The position numbers and the translations under genes are program-made. From Deltaproteobacteria bacterium (GTDB lineage Bacteria; Myxococcota_A; Polyangia; JAAYKL01), in NCBI GenBank assembly GCA_030621515.1, contig JAUXHN010000001.1, positions 1 to 62,370 on the forward strand: a stretch of DNA of 62,370 nt, given 5' to 3'. The notes under the pieces were generated by a model. It was not told the DNA's origin and did no database searches. It saw nothing but the letters and a program-made list of their open reading frames with translations. Shown here piece after piece: positions 17,387-25,877 of the stretch; the stretch's first letter is position 1; every line of letters starts with the position of its first letter.

Positions 17387-18625
17387 TTACACCGAAGGGG
17401 GATCGACCACCTTGCCCATGAAGATCAGGGCGCCGGAGTGGTGGTCATGGATGACAAAAATAAAGGGTCGGTCGATCACGATCTCTTCGGGCATGGATGC
17501 TCCAGCATCGATCTCTACAGAGGTGGCCGCGGCTGCCTCGGTCCCTTCCTCGTCCACGCGGATCCAGCTCTTGTGCTTCACCTCGCTGATAAACAGCTGT
17601 TGGTCCGGGCTCATTTTGCCGAAGTCGGCCTCCCCTTCAATGAACGCCACCTCCATGCCCAGGGTTGAAAGCACATCCACCAGGCTTGTATCGAACTCCA
17701 TTTCGAACCGGGGCATCTTGAACGTGACATCGCTCTCGTAGAGCCCGTCGAGGGTGGACCGCCAGATCTCCGGGGTCAGCTCCGCCGCCACGTCGTCGAG
17801 GGCAACCTCCTCCTTCGGCAGCAGGATCGTCATCGCAAAGTAGCCGCTGCCATAGGTCAGGGAGAAGGCCTGGAACCGCTCCTGATCGACGCGGGAGATG
17901 AGGCCGTCGCTGTCGAGCACCATCATCTTCACCGTCTTGTCGGTCTCGTCGTCGATATGGAAGGTTTCGTCGTAGGTCGCTTCCTCATCGAATTTACAGG
18001 TCCAGTCCGCCTTGAAATAAACCGCATTTATCAGGAACATCACGGTGGCAGGGTCGATGGGACTGTCGACGATATCGGTGATCTTGCCGCCGGTGTGCTC
18101 GGAGACCCAGTCGTTGATCGTGCTCGACGCGGACGGCGCTGCGAAGTCAAGAGACGAGACCACCGCGGCGAAGTAGGCCTCGCAGGTGGCGATGAACTCA
18201 TCAAACACCGTGAATTCGTCGCTGTACCAGATAGAGTTGGCGATCTCCATGGTCACCTTTCTGTCCATACCGATGAGCAGATCGATCAGACTCCGATAGT
18301 TCTCATTGATCTGATCGCTGGTCAGATCTCCAAAGCTCAGCGCCTCGCGCATCCCCTCCTCGGTGCTTCCCAGTGCGCCGTTGTAGGCCATGCCCAGCGC
18401 CATGGAGACGCTCAACGGCGAGATGAATAGATTGTCCCCATCCGACTCGTCAATGACCGCGTCGAAGAGCTCGAGACCGAAACCGTTGCTCGCCGTGACC
18501 AGAGCCTGCTCCTCGGCGGTCAGCGGGCGCGGCGGCTCCTTGACCGAATCGCAAGCGCCGATTATCAGTGTCACCGTGGCGATCGCCGCAACCACGAGAA
18601 CCCGGTGATTTTTCCGTGTATCCAT
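17387..18625 (-). CDS. Serpin (serine protease inhibitor), lipoprotein-type signal
   Basis: 'SPLSVSMALGMAYNGA'. Inhibitory hinge 'EEGTEAAAATSVEIDAGASMPEE'. C-terminal 'IDRPFIFVIHDHHSGALIFMGKVVDP'. N-terminal VVAAIATVTLIIGAC. Confidence 0.85.
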   Translation of the reverse strand: MDTRKNHRVLVVAAIATVTLIIGACDSVKEPPRPLTAEEQALVTASNGFGLELFDAVIDESDGDNLFISPLSVSMALGMAYNGALGSTEEGMREALSFGDLTSDQINENYRSLIDLLIGMDRKVTMEIANSIWYSDEFTVFDEFIATCEAYFAAVVSSLDFAAPSASSTINDWVSEHTGGKITDIVDSPIDPATVMFLINAVYFKADWTCKFDEEATYDETFHIDDETDKTVKMMVLDSDGLISRVDQERFQAFSLTYGSGYFAMTILLPKEEVALDDVAAELTPEIWRSTLDGLYESDVTFKMPRFEMEFDTSLVDVLSTLGMEVAFIEGEADFGKMSPDQQLFISEVKHKSWIRVDEEGTEAAAATSVEIDAGASMPEEIVIDRPFIFVIHDHHSGALIFMGKVVDPPSV

Positions 18626-18731
18626 GTGTCACCGCCTTACTGACCCCGATGGGTCACTGATTCGCCCGAATAGGTGAAGATTGTCGCTCAATATCGATTA
18701 TATCAATTGCGCCACATCATTGGGAACCTTC

Positions 18732-18761
18732 TTGACATAGACAGAAGTCGAAGGGTAGAAA
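18732..18761 (+). promoter_or_regulatory. Candidate sigma-70 promoter of secG
   Basis: TTGACA (18732-18737), 18-nt spacer, TAGAAA (18756-18761). ATG at 18770 with no SD in between, implying a very short or absent leader. Sequence-only guess. Confidence 0.3.
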
Positions 18762-18769
18762 ACCAACCC

Positions 18770-19231
18770 ATGATTACTCTTCTGACAGTGTTACATGTTA
18801 TCTTCTGCCTGTTTCTCATTCTGGTGATCTTGCTTCAGACCGGAAAGGGCGCGGGAATGGGTGCTGCTTTCGGCGGCGGCGGCAGTTCCACCGTTTTCGG
18901 GCCACGGGGAGCCGGTTCATTCATCGGAAAGGCGACCGGCGTGGTCGCGGCCCTTTTCATGATCACTTCGTTGTCACTGGCCTTCTTCTCATCGTCCAAG
19001 AGCACAAGCCTCGAAAAACGAGCGCTGGAAAATGAAGAACGGCAAAGCGAGGAGGTCGATATCGCGGATCTTTCCGACAAATCTCCCGCAGAAGAAGCCG
19101 ATCAGAAAAAAAACGTTGAGGCCGCTTCGCCGAAAGTCAAATCAGACGCCGGCGCCGCGGGAGCGACGGACTCCGGGACGGCAACCGCCGATAATCCCGC
19201 TGTTCCGGACACCTCAGACGAAGTAAAATAA
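18770..19231 (+). CDS. secG: Preprotein translocase subunit SecG with long acidic C-terminal extension
   Basis: '[73 protein letters not shown]', then ~70 aa of low-complexity E/D/A/S tail. Confidence 0.85.
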   Translation: MITLLTVLHVIFCLFLILVILLQTGKGAGMGAAFGGGGSSTVFGPRGAGSFIGKATGVVAALFMITSLSLAFFSSSKSTSLEKRALENEERQSEEVDIADLSDKSPAEEADQKKNVEAASPKVKSDAGAAGATDSGTATADNPAVPDTSDEVK

Positions 19232-19293
19232 AAGCCTGACACTAAAAATCTACAACTTTCGGGCGGGTACATCGCCCAAGGGAGGAAGACCAG

Positions 19294-20481
19294 ATGACCA
19301 GGAGAACAAAACAGCTCTCCGGCGTCGCTGCCCTCTGTCTTGCAGCTGCGTTCTGCTTCTGTAGCTGCGGCGGGGACAATGCGGACGCGGAAAAGAAGGA
19401 CGCGTCGACTGGCGAGCAGTCGGCAACTGCGGACGCCACATTGGCTCCCAAGATCGCATCGGCACAGCCCACCTTCAACTTCGGAGAGATCAAACAGGGG
19501 AAGAAGGTCGAGCACATCTTCAAAGTAAAGAACGAGGGCAAGGCGGACTTGATTATCGAGCGCGCCAAAGGCTCGTGAGGTTGCACAGCGACCGTCGTTT
19601 CGACGGACGCGATTCCCCCGGGCGGGGAAGGTGAAATCAAGGTATCCGTAAACACGAGGGGCCGTTCCGGTAAGCTCAAGAAGCGCATCAGCGTACTCTC
19701 CAACGACACCGAACAACCGACATTCTTCCTGAACATCGAAGGCGAAGTCATAGTGGACGTGGAAGTCGCCCCGAGGCATCTCTCTTTCGGCCAACTCAGC
19801 AAGAACGAGAAAGCAACGCGCGAGTTCAGGATCACAGTCAGAGAACCCGAGAAGGTCAAGGTCGTCGAGGTAAAGATGGATGACGATCGGTTCGTTCTCA
19901 AAAAGGTTGACGGCATTCTCGAGTCCAACTCCAGCTGGGAGATCACATTCAAGGGAACCAGGAAGGTCGGGCGCGTGATGGCCAGCGTCGAGGTGCGCTT
20001 CACCGGCTCCGACGTTACGAACGCCAAGGTTCCGGCGCGGGTCAACGTCGTCGGCGATCTCCAGTACACGAAAAGCCTCTACTTCCACAGGGAAGGGGAC
20101 GGCTACATCGAGAGAGAAATCGTATTCTCGTCGCGATCCGGAAAGAACGTTCACATTAAAAAGGTCGAAGATTCGGACGGTCTTCTGGGAGTCGATATCT
20201 CCGTTCCCAAAGGCAAGAAGGCCATAGTGAAGACAAAAGTAGCGGATCCCAAGGGGGACTACAGCAAGCCCTCAAGACATGCGCTGAAGGTCTTCACCAG
20301 CGATCCGGACGAGTCCGAAGTGGACATCCGTTACACCATCTCGAACCGTCTCCCCGGAAGGCAGCCCCACATGCGAAAAGGGGGTATACGACGGGGAGAC
20401 CGCGGGGTCAGCGGAATCAACGCTCCGCTGGGCAAACCATTGACCGTGAACAAGAAGAAAGAGGGGGAGGCACCAAAATGA
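19294..20481 (+). CDS. DUF1573-domain lipoprotein with one in-frame TGA (19576-19578): candidate selenoprotein, alternatively a pseudogene
   Basis: ORFs 19294..19578 and 19753..20481 share a frame, and the gap is open apart from the TGA. Read-through gives 'PTFNFGEIKQGKKVEHIFKVKNEGKADLIIERAKGS[TGA]GCTATVVSTDAIPPGGEGEIKVSV...ISVLSNDTEQPTFFLNIEGEV', a full DUF1573 signature with TGA at the first Cys of SCGCT. GGGAGG RBS before ATG 19294. Confidence 0.6.
19588..19610 (+). promoter_or_regulatory. Hairpin 9 nt downstream of the in-frame UGA (candidate bacterial SECIS)
   Basis: GCG-A-CCGUC(G)-UUU-(C)GACGG-A-CGC: 3 bp, an A.A mismatch, then 5-6 bp. The G/U-containing apical loop starts ~21 nt from the UGA. 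No covariation data are available. Confidence 0.45.
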
Positions 20482-21230
20482 AATCGACCATGGCTTTTGC
20501 CCTGATTACATCGATAGCTTTTTTTGCGCTTGGGTGCTCTCCCACACCTGTCGAGATCAAAACGGAGAAGGAGAACTACATTCTGGACGAGGCCGGCGCC
20601 AAGGATCAGATCAAAGTCTCTATCCTGGATGCGGATGGCGACAAGATCACCGAAGGCCTGGAAGTGGTCTATTTTTCGACTGATACCAAGATCATCAGGC
20701 TTGGTCAGCAGGACGGCACAATAGAGGCCAAGGCCTCCGGCGAGGCGAACGTGGAGATCGAAGTGGTCGGCACCAAGATCAAGCTCGACGTTCCCGTCAG
20801 GGTAAAGATCCCCAGCGCCATAGAGCTGTCTCACGAGAAACTCCGACTGTGGACCGGTCAGGTCAAGAAGAATGTCTGCTCCTGGGTTCAGAGCGAAAAG
20901 GGCGCCTACATCGAGGGCATGATACCCGAGTGGGCAAGCGAGGACCCCACCATCGTTTCGGTGGAGCAGATACAGGACCCCGCGAACGACCCCAAGCGGA
21001 ACCGCAGCTACGTCAAGCTCGTGGGGGTAAAATCGGGCGATACTTACATCCTCACCAGCTTCCGACACCTCTCCAGGTCCATCCGCGTTCGCGTCTACGA
21101 CGAGGACGAAGAGGTCACGCTGGCCGGGCAACGACTCGGAAAAAAGGCGCCGGAAGGCGAAGAGGAAGAAGAAGTGAAGAAGAAGTCAAAAGAAAAAAAG
21201 AAGAAGAAGTGGAAGAAGAAGGAGAAGTAA
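20478..21230 (+). CDS. Lipoprotein with bacterial Ig-like (Big_2-like) domains and poly-Lys/Glu tail
   Basis: ATGA overlap with the upstream stop. MKSTMAFALITSIAFFALGC lipobox. 'VVYFSTDTKIIRLGQQDGTIEAKASGEANVEIEV' and 'WASEDPTIVSVEQ...VKLVGVKSGDTYI' resemble Big_2. Tail EEEEEVKKKSKEKKKKKWKKKEK. Confidence 0.6.
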   Translation: MKSTMAFALITSIAFFALGCSPTPVEIKTEKENYILDEAGAKDQIKVSILDADGDKITEGLEVVYFSTDTKIIRLGQQDGTIEAKASGEANVEIEVVGTKIKLDVPVRVKIPSAIELSHEKLRLWTGQVKKNVCSWVQSEKGAYIEGMIPEWASEDPTIVSVEQIQDPANDPKRNRSYVKLVGVKSGDTYILTSFRHLSRSIRVRVYDEDEEVTLAGQRLGKKAPEGEEEEEVKKKSKEKKKKKWKKKEK

Positions 21231-24200
21231 CGACTCCTCTTTGCCACCCACCCCCACCTGAGCACACCCACAATCACGGAATCGCGGCTCGACCCCCTCG
21301 CTCAGGGGGATCGATTGTCCCTGCCCTGCGTCTGCCTCGACAGGTTGTTGCGCCTCGGTGAGAGCGATCTGCACCCTCTCGATATCCGCAGCGCCCATGG
21401 GCGCCCGGGCGTGAGCTTCAACCGTATATTCGCCGAGCTCGTCATACTCGTAATATATAGTCCCGGCATCGTGGAAGGACGGATCGGCTCCGTCGCCGAA
21501 ATCGATCTCCAGGCTTTCCAGGGGACCGCCGGTGTACTCCACGTCCAGGATGAGATATCTGTCCGTGGTTATGGCCTGGACGGACAGGTCGATTCGTTCG
21601 GAAACCCACCACATCAACGACTCGAATAGCTCCTGACGCCCGGCCGTCAACGGGGTGGCGCTGCCGACCCTCTCGAGGCCGAAGCTCAACAGCGCCGCAC
21701 GATACTTGAGCGTCTCCATCTCCATGTACTCGCCGTAGCCGATATAAGGGTCAAAGAGCACGCCCATTGCCCCGACTCCCCCCCCAAAAGGATCGCCGTA
21801 CATCTGCAGGAACGGTTCAAGGAAAATATCCGGAAGCCCCGGCCCCATTATCAACCCGATCTCACCTGCCATGACCAGATCCCCGATTCCATCAGTCTCG
21901 GGACCGATGTCGAGGGGCATACCCACCATGGAGGGGGCCCCGTCGATGGGGTGTACCAGATAGTCGTCGAGATCCACCACATCCTGGGTGTACTGATCGT
22001 AGAGAGGGAAGGATCCGCCCGTCATGCCTCCCATGAACCCGTGGATCCTCGAGTGCTCGTTTTCCCTCAAGGGCCCCTGCCCAGTAATGACGATGTTTCC
22101 GCCCTTCGATGCGTATGTAGAAAGGGCATCGAAGGTGTGCCTTGCGATAGTGCCCTTGTGGGACACCTGGTCGTCACCGGTGAAAACCAGCACCACAAAA
22201 TGCCGTAGAAGCTCTTCGAGTGTGGGCGCGGCGATCCCATCGTGTAACTGGTACACCGTGTAGGCCAGTCCCGCCTCCTGCGCCATTTCCGTGTACAAAT
22301 CGATCAACGCTTTATCGTCGGGATGGCGAAAGGACATGTCCAGCAGCATGAGCTCGTATTCCAGTGGCGGAAACACGCGATAGTGGTAGGGGATGGTCAC
22401 TTGTCGAGCCCCTGATTCGAGCAGCACGCGCCCGGTATACTCCCCGGCCGGAGCGTCGAGTGGCGCCTGTAGGGCCACGGTCAGCGCTCCATCCGTCAGC
22501 ACGATCGTATCTCCGCTCGTCGGAGCCACCTGGGGATCGAAGGAATCCTGGAGGTGATGCCACTCCAGTTCCACATCGCCGTCAGACGCGAACGGGCCGC
22601 CGATCTGCACCGTTGCCGCAAAGAGCGTCCCCGCATGTCCTTCCCCAAATGAAAAGGCGCAAGGGATCGCAAAAGACAGCGCATCGGACGCCTCTGCCAG
22701 ATCCATCAGTCCCGCGCCGATATCGAGTATCCGGAAGTATCGCTTGAGGGGCAGACGCGCGCTCCCAGTAAGTGTGGACTGCACCTCCCGAGGATCGAGG
22801 TCCGGATATCTCTGTCTTACCAGCGCAGCAGCGCCTGCCACGTGGGGAGCGGCCATGGATGTCCCCGACTTCAAATCCCAGGGATCTCCGCTATTTCCGA
22901 CCGAATGCGCCTGCGCGGACAGCACCCTCACCCCCGGCGCCACGATATCCGGCTTGAGCACAGGGTCGTCCGTGGGGCCACGCCCTGAAGATCCCGCCAT
23001 GGCCTCCATCGAGCCGGCACTGAAGTACGAATGCATCCCATCGTTGATAGTCGCTGTTGCGCCGGGATTGTCGATGACCCATTTTTCCAACTCGATCCCG
23101 TCGATGTTCCCGATCTGAACCGCCGGGATCGGAACAGAAACGCCGCCCATTGTTATTGGCTCGGCGTGGTCCACGTTATTGAAGATGATCACCGCCGGCG
23201 CTCCTGCCAGGTATGCGTTCGTCACCTTTGAGGAGAACGTGCAGTTTCCCCTTTCGATGAGCGCTATGGCTCCGTCGAAGGCGTCCCACGGGAAGGCGAG
23301 GCATCCGTCGTTGTTCGTTCCCCCGCCTGCCGTTCTGGCCGAGACAACCTGAAGCGGCCCGACCGGATCGTCATCGAAGGAAGGGCTGATATTGCCCTTG
23401 ATGGCCGGCATACCTGCCAGGTTGGCGGGCACCGGATCCGGAGTAATCACTTCCACGAGTCCAGCGAAGTACCGCCCCGCGTCGAAAGATCCGACGGTCA
23501 ACACTTCGAGCAGGGTGCCCGGATGGGATATCGTACCCGGTCCACCGCCTTCGTTTCCCGCCGCGAAGACCACCACGGCGCCCGCGTCGATTGCCGAGGT
23601 ATACACCACTGACGCCGCCGTACCTTCCACCATGTCGTCGGGCCCGCCCCAGGAGCACGAAATGACGTCAGCCCCGTCGGCAACAGCGTCCTCGAAGGCG
23701 GCCATGAGTTCCGGATCGTAAGCTCCTGACTGGCCCGATTCGGCGGTATAGAAGACCTTGTAATTCATCAGGTAGGCACGCGGGGCCACACCGCTCACCG
23801 TCACCGGCGTACCGGAAAGGTCGAAGACCGTATCCAGATTACCCGCCACGATACCCGCGCAATGGGAGCCGTGACCTCTGTGATCCACCGGATCCTCAGT
23901 ATCCTTTTCCAGATTGACGGGATCGCCCGATCGGAAATACGCCCGCGCCGCTATGACCTTTGCGGTGGTGAATGCGGTTTCTCCCAGCGGATATCCCCCA
24001 GGCATCGAAAACTGTGCGGGATCGAAGAACGGATTGAGAATATCTATCCCCGTATCGATGACCGCAACGCGTACGCCCTCCCCTGCGAACTCCTGCCCTC
24101 CGAGGCTCTGCCAGTAGTCGCTCACGCCGATCATGTCCAGGGTCGCGTCCAGGGTGGGGGTGTAGAGGATCGTATCCGTTCGCGTTACTGATTTCACACC

Positions 24201-24563
24201 GGGAAGGCGCGCCAATTCCTCCCTGGAAACGCCGGATACTACAAGGCCGTTGAAGAGTATCGAGTACTCATGTTCTACATTAGCTTCCGGCCAGTTCCCA
24301 TGGAGTTCCTTGCGGAATTCGCCATGGCTCTCATAAAGGTGCCAGAGACATTTTTGGGCCTGGTCGCTACTGAGATCGAGCTTGCCGCCCCGCAATCGGG
24401 GAACGGATATCGACCCTTCACGGACAGCCGCCACCAGCGACGGCCGGTCCATTTGAACGATCCATCGGGCGGGTTTTGCGCTCGGATTATCCGCCGCGAC
24501 TATCCGTGGCGCGAGGAGCGCCAGCGCCGACAGGAGACCGCATGTAATTACTTTGTTCCACAT
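21186..24563 (-). CDS. Secreted S8 subtilisin-like serine protease with PA-domain insert and long C-terminal region
   Basis: Catalytic triad motifs 'VRVAVIDTGID', 'HGSHCAGIVAG', 'SGTSMAAPHVAGAAALV'. PA-like insert 'GAIALIERGNCTFSSKVTNAYLAGAPAVIIFNN'. Start set at ATG 24563 (MWNKVITCGLLSALALLAP signal). C-terminus 'DCGCAQVGVGGKEESLLLLLLPLLLLFFF'. Confidence 0.9.
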   Translation of the reverse strand: MWNKVITCGLLSALALLAPRIVAADNPSAKPARWIVQMDRPSLVAAVREGSISVPRLRGGKLDLSSDQAQKCLWHLYESHGEFRKELHGNWPEANVEHEYSILFNGLVVSGVSREELARLPGVKSVTRTDTILYTPTLDATLDMIGVSDYWQSLGGQEFAGEGVRVAVIDTGIDILNPFFDPAQFSMPGGYPLGETAFTTAKVIAARAYFRSGDPVNLEKDTEDPVDHRGHGSHCAGIVAGNLDTVFDLSGTPVTVSGVAPRAYLMNYKVFYTAESGQSGAYDPELMAAFEDAVADGADVISCSWGGPDDMVEGTAASVVYTSAIDAGAVVVFAAGNEGGGPGTISHPGTLLEVLTVGSFDAGRYFAGLVEVITPDPVPANLAGMPAIKGNISPSFDDDPVGPLQVVSARTAGGGTNNDGCLAFPWDAFDGAIALIERGNCTFSSKVTNAYLAGAPAVIIFNNVDHAEPITMGGVSVPIPAVQIGNIDGIELEKWVIDNPGATATINDGMHSYFSAGSMEAMAGSSGRGPTDDPVLKPDIVAPGVRVLSAQAHSVGNSGDPWDLKSGTSMAAPHVAGAAALVRQRYPDLDPREVQSTLTGSARLPLKRYFRILDIGAGLMDLAEASDALSFAIPCAFSFGEGHAGTLFAATVQIGGPFASDGDVELEWHHLQDSFDPQVAPTSGDTIVLTDGALTVALQAPLDAPAGEYTGRVLLESGARQVTIPYHYRVFPPLEYELMLLDMSFRHPDDKALIDLYTEMAQEAGLAYTVYQLHDGIAAPTLEELLRHFVVLVFTGDDQVSHKGTIARHTFDALSTYASKGGNIVITGQGPLRENEHSRIHGFMGGMTGGSFPLYDQYTQDVVDLDDYLVHPIDGAPSMVGMPLDIGPETDGIGDLVMAGEIGLIMGPGLPDIFLEPFLQMYGDPFGGGVGAMGVLFDPYIGYGEYMEMETLKYRAALLSFGLERVGSATPLTAGRQELFESLMWWVSERIDLSVQAITTDRYLILDVEYTGGPLESLEIDFGDGADPSFHDAGTIYYEYDELGEYTVEAHARAPMGAADIERVQIALTEAQQPVEADAGQGQSIPLSEGVEPRFRDCGCAQVGVGGKEESLLLLLLPLLLLFFF

Positions 24564-24632
24564 CTGCAAAGCCGAAGTATAATGCTTTGCCGACAATTTG
24601 GCATTAACCATGACTACTTTAAAGGAAATGAT

Positions 24633-25139
24633 ATGAGCAAGACCCTGTGGGCTCCATGGAGGATGGACTACATCCTGGGACCGAAATCCGGCAAATGCGT
24701 GTTCTGCGAAGCGTGCGAGGGCGGCGAAGAGCGCCGCGAGGAGAACATGGTTCTGGCGGCGTGCCCGGAGGCTTTCGTGATAATGAATCGCTATCCGTAC
24801 ACCCACGGTCACATCATGGTCGTCCCCACCAGACATTTGTCCAACCTGGAGGATATGACACCAAAGGAGCAGTCCGTTTTCTTCGAGCTGGTGGTAAATG
24901 CGCAGGCCGCCCTCCGGGAAGCCCTGAAACCCGGAGGCCTGAATATGGGAATGAACCTGGGGAAAGCTGCTGGCGCGGGAATCGCGGATCACCTTCACAT
25001 TCACATCGTCCCTCGCTGGGACGGCGACACCAACTTCATGCCCCTGCTGGCGGACGCGAGGGTCATGCCCGAGCACATGGACGAAACCTACAGGACGCTG
25101 GTTCCGTTCTTCGAAAAGCTGGGATCCAACCAGTGCTGA
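24633..25139 (+). CDS. HIT-family nucleotide hydrolase/phosphorylase
   Basis: 'MSKTLWAPWRMDYI...CVFCE'. Histidine triad 'DHLHIHIVPRW'. A perfect TATAAT at 24577-24582 lies upstream. Confidence 0.85.
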   Translation: MSKTLWAPWRMDYILGPKSGKCVFCEACEGGEERREENMVLAACPEAFVIMNRYPYTHGHIMVVPTRHLSNLEDMTPKEQSVFFELVVNAQAALREALKPGGLNMGMNLGKAAGAGIADHLHIHIVPRWDGDTNFMPLLADARVMPEHMDETYRTLVPFFEKLGSNQC

Positions 25140-25141
25140 GA

Positions 25142-25504
25142 GTGTTTTTTAAAACAGGGACGCCGCGCCTGAAGGCCCTGGTCGCCGCTATCGCCGGCGC
25201 CGTATTGGGGATCTTCGCGCTGTTCTTCATAATCGCCAACGACTCGTGGGTGGCCATCAACATCCCGTCCGCCCCCTGGAACCCCGAACCCAGCGCGGCG
25301 GCGTTCGAGGCCACCGCCTTTGCGGTAATTCTCGTGAGCTTTGCAGTCGGACTCGCCGCCATGTCCCTCGTGTGGTTAGTCGTTCTCAAAGATCAGAAAC
25401 GAAAACGTACCGAGGAACGAAAGCGAACCGAGCGCCTCGAAACCGAACTCGAAAACCTCAATAGACTTGTCGCGTCGTTGAAAGATGGAAACGGGCCACG
25501 ATGA
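25142..25504 (+). CDS. Small two-TM membrane protein, LapA/DUF1049-like
   Basis: GTG start 2 nt after the HIT stop. TM helices LKALVAAIAGAVLGIFALFFII and AFAVILVSFAVGLAAMSLVWLVVL, then basic coiled-coil 'KRKRTEERKRTERLETELENLNRLV'. Start and family are tentative. Confidence 0.5.
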   Translation: MFFKTGTPRLKALVAAIAGAVLGIFALFFIIANDSWVAINIPSAPWNPEPSAAAFEATAFAVILVSFAVGLAAMSLVWLVVLKDQKRKRTEERKRTERLETELENLNRLVASLKDGNGPR

Positions 25505-25553
25505 TCGACATCAGGAGCCTTCTACTGACCATGGAGTTGGCGCAGCCGTTCGT

Positions 25554-25877
25554 TCAAACGTGTGCGGGAGTATCCGAAGGGGAATAACGCTTGATGGCTT
25601 TCAGTTCCTTTTCTTCGGACTTTCTCGCTTGGTACAGGTCCCAGCGGAGCTGGAGGTTCATCCAGAAGTCTTCAGTCATGCCGAAAAACTTTGCGAAGCG
25701 CAGTGCGGTGCTGGGGGTGATTCCCCTTTTGCCGTTAATGATTTCATTGATGCGCTGGTACGGCACATGGATAGCGTTTGCCAGATCCCGTTGGGAGAGG
25801 GACATGGGAACAAGGAATTCCTCAAGCAGCATCTCACCCGGATGGGTTGGTTCTCTGAATTTGGGTACCCTGACCAT
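25554..25877 (-). CDS. higA: HigA-family antitoxin (XRE-type HTH)
   Basis: 'PTHPGEMLLEEFLVPMSLSQRDLANAIHVPYQRINEIINGKRGITPSTALRFAKFFGMTEDFWMNLQ' is a typical HigA N-terminus plus HTH. Confidence 0.8.
   Translation of the reverse strand: MVRVPKFREPTHPGEMLLEEFLVPMSLSQRDLANAIHVPYQRINEIINGKRGITPSTALRFAKFFGMTEDFWMNLQLRWDLYQARKSEEKELKAIKRYSPSDTPAHV

Noticed and set aside
19576-19578. Genome-wide UGA reassignment (code 4 or 25) as the explanation for the in-frame TGA
   Set aside because: TGA terminates several well-defined neighbouring genes (pgk, HIT 24633..25139, atpE, miaB, S8 protease). No other conserved gene in the window contains an in-frame TGA.
19753-20481. Treating 19294..19578 and 19753..20481 as two independent genes
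   Set aside because: They share a frame with no stop other than the single TGA. The interval encodes the conserved second half of the DUF1573 domain. The GTG at 19753 is mid-domain and has no RBS.
24564-25076. N-terminal 171 codons of listed ORF 21186..25076 (S8 protease)
   Set aside because: This part overlaps the opposite-strand HIT gene and has Arg/His-rich non-coding composition. A proper signal peptide begins at ATG 24563.
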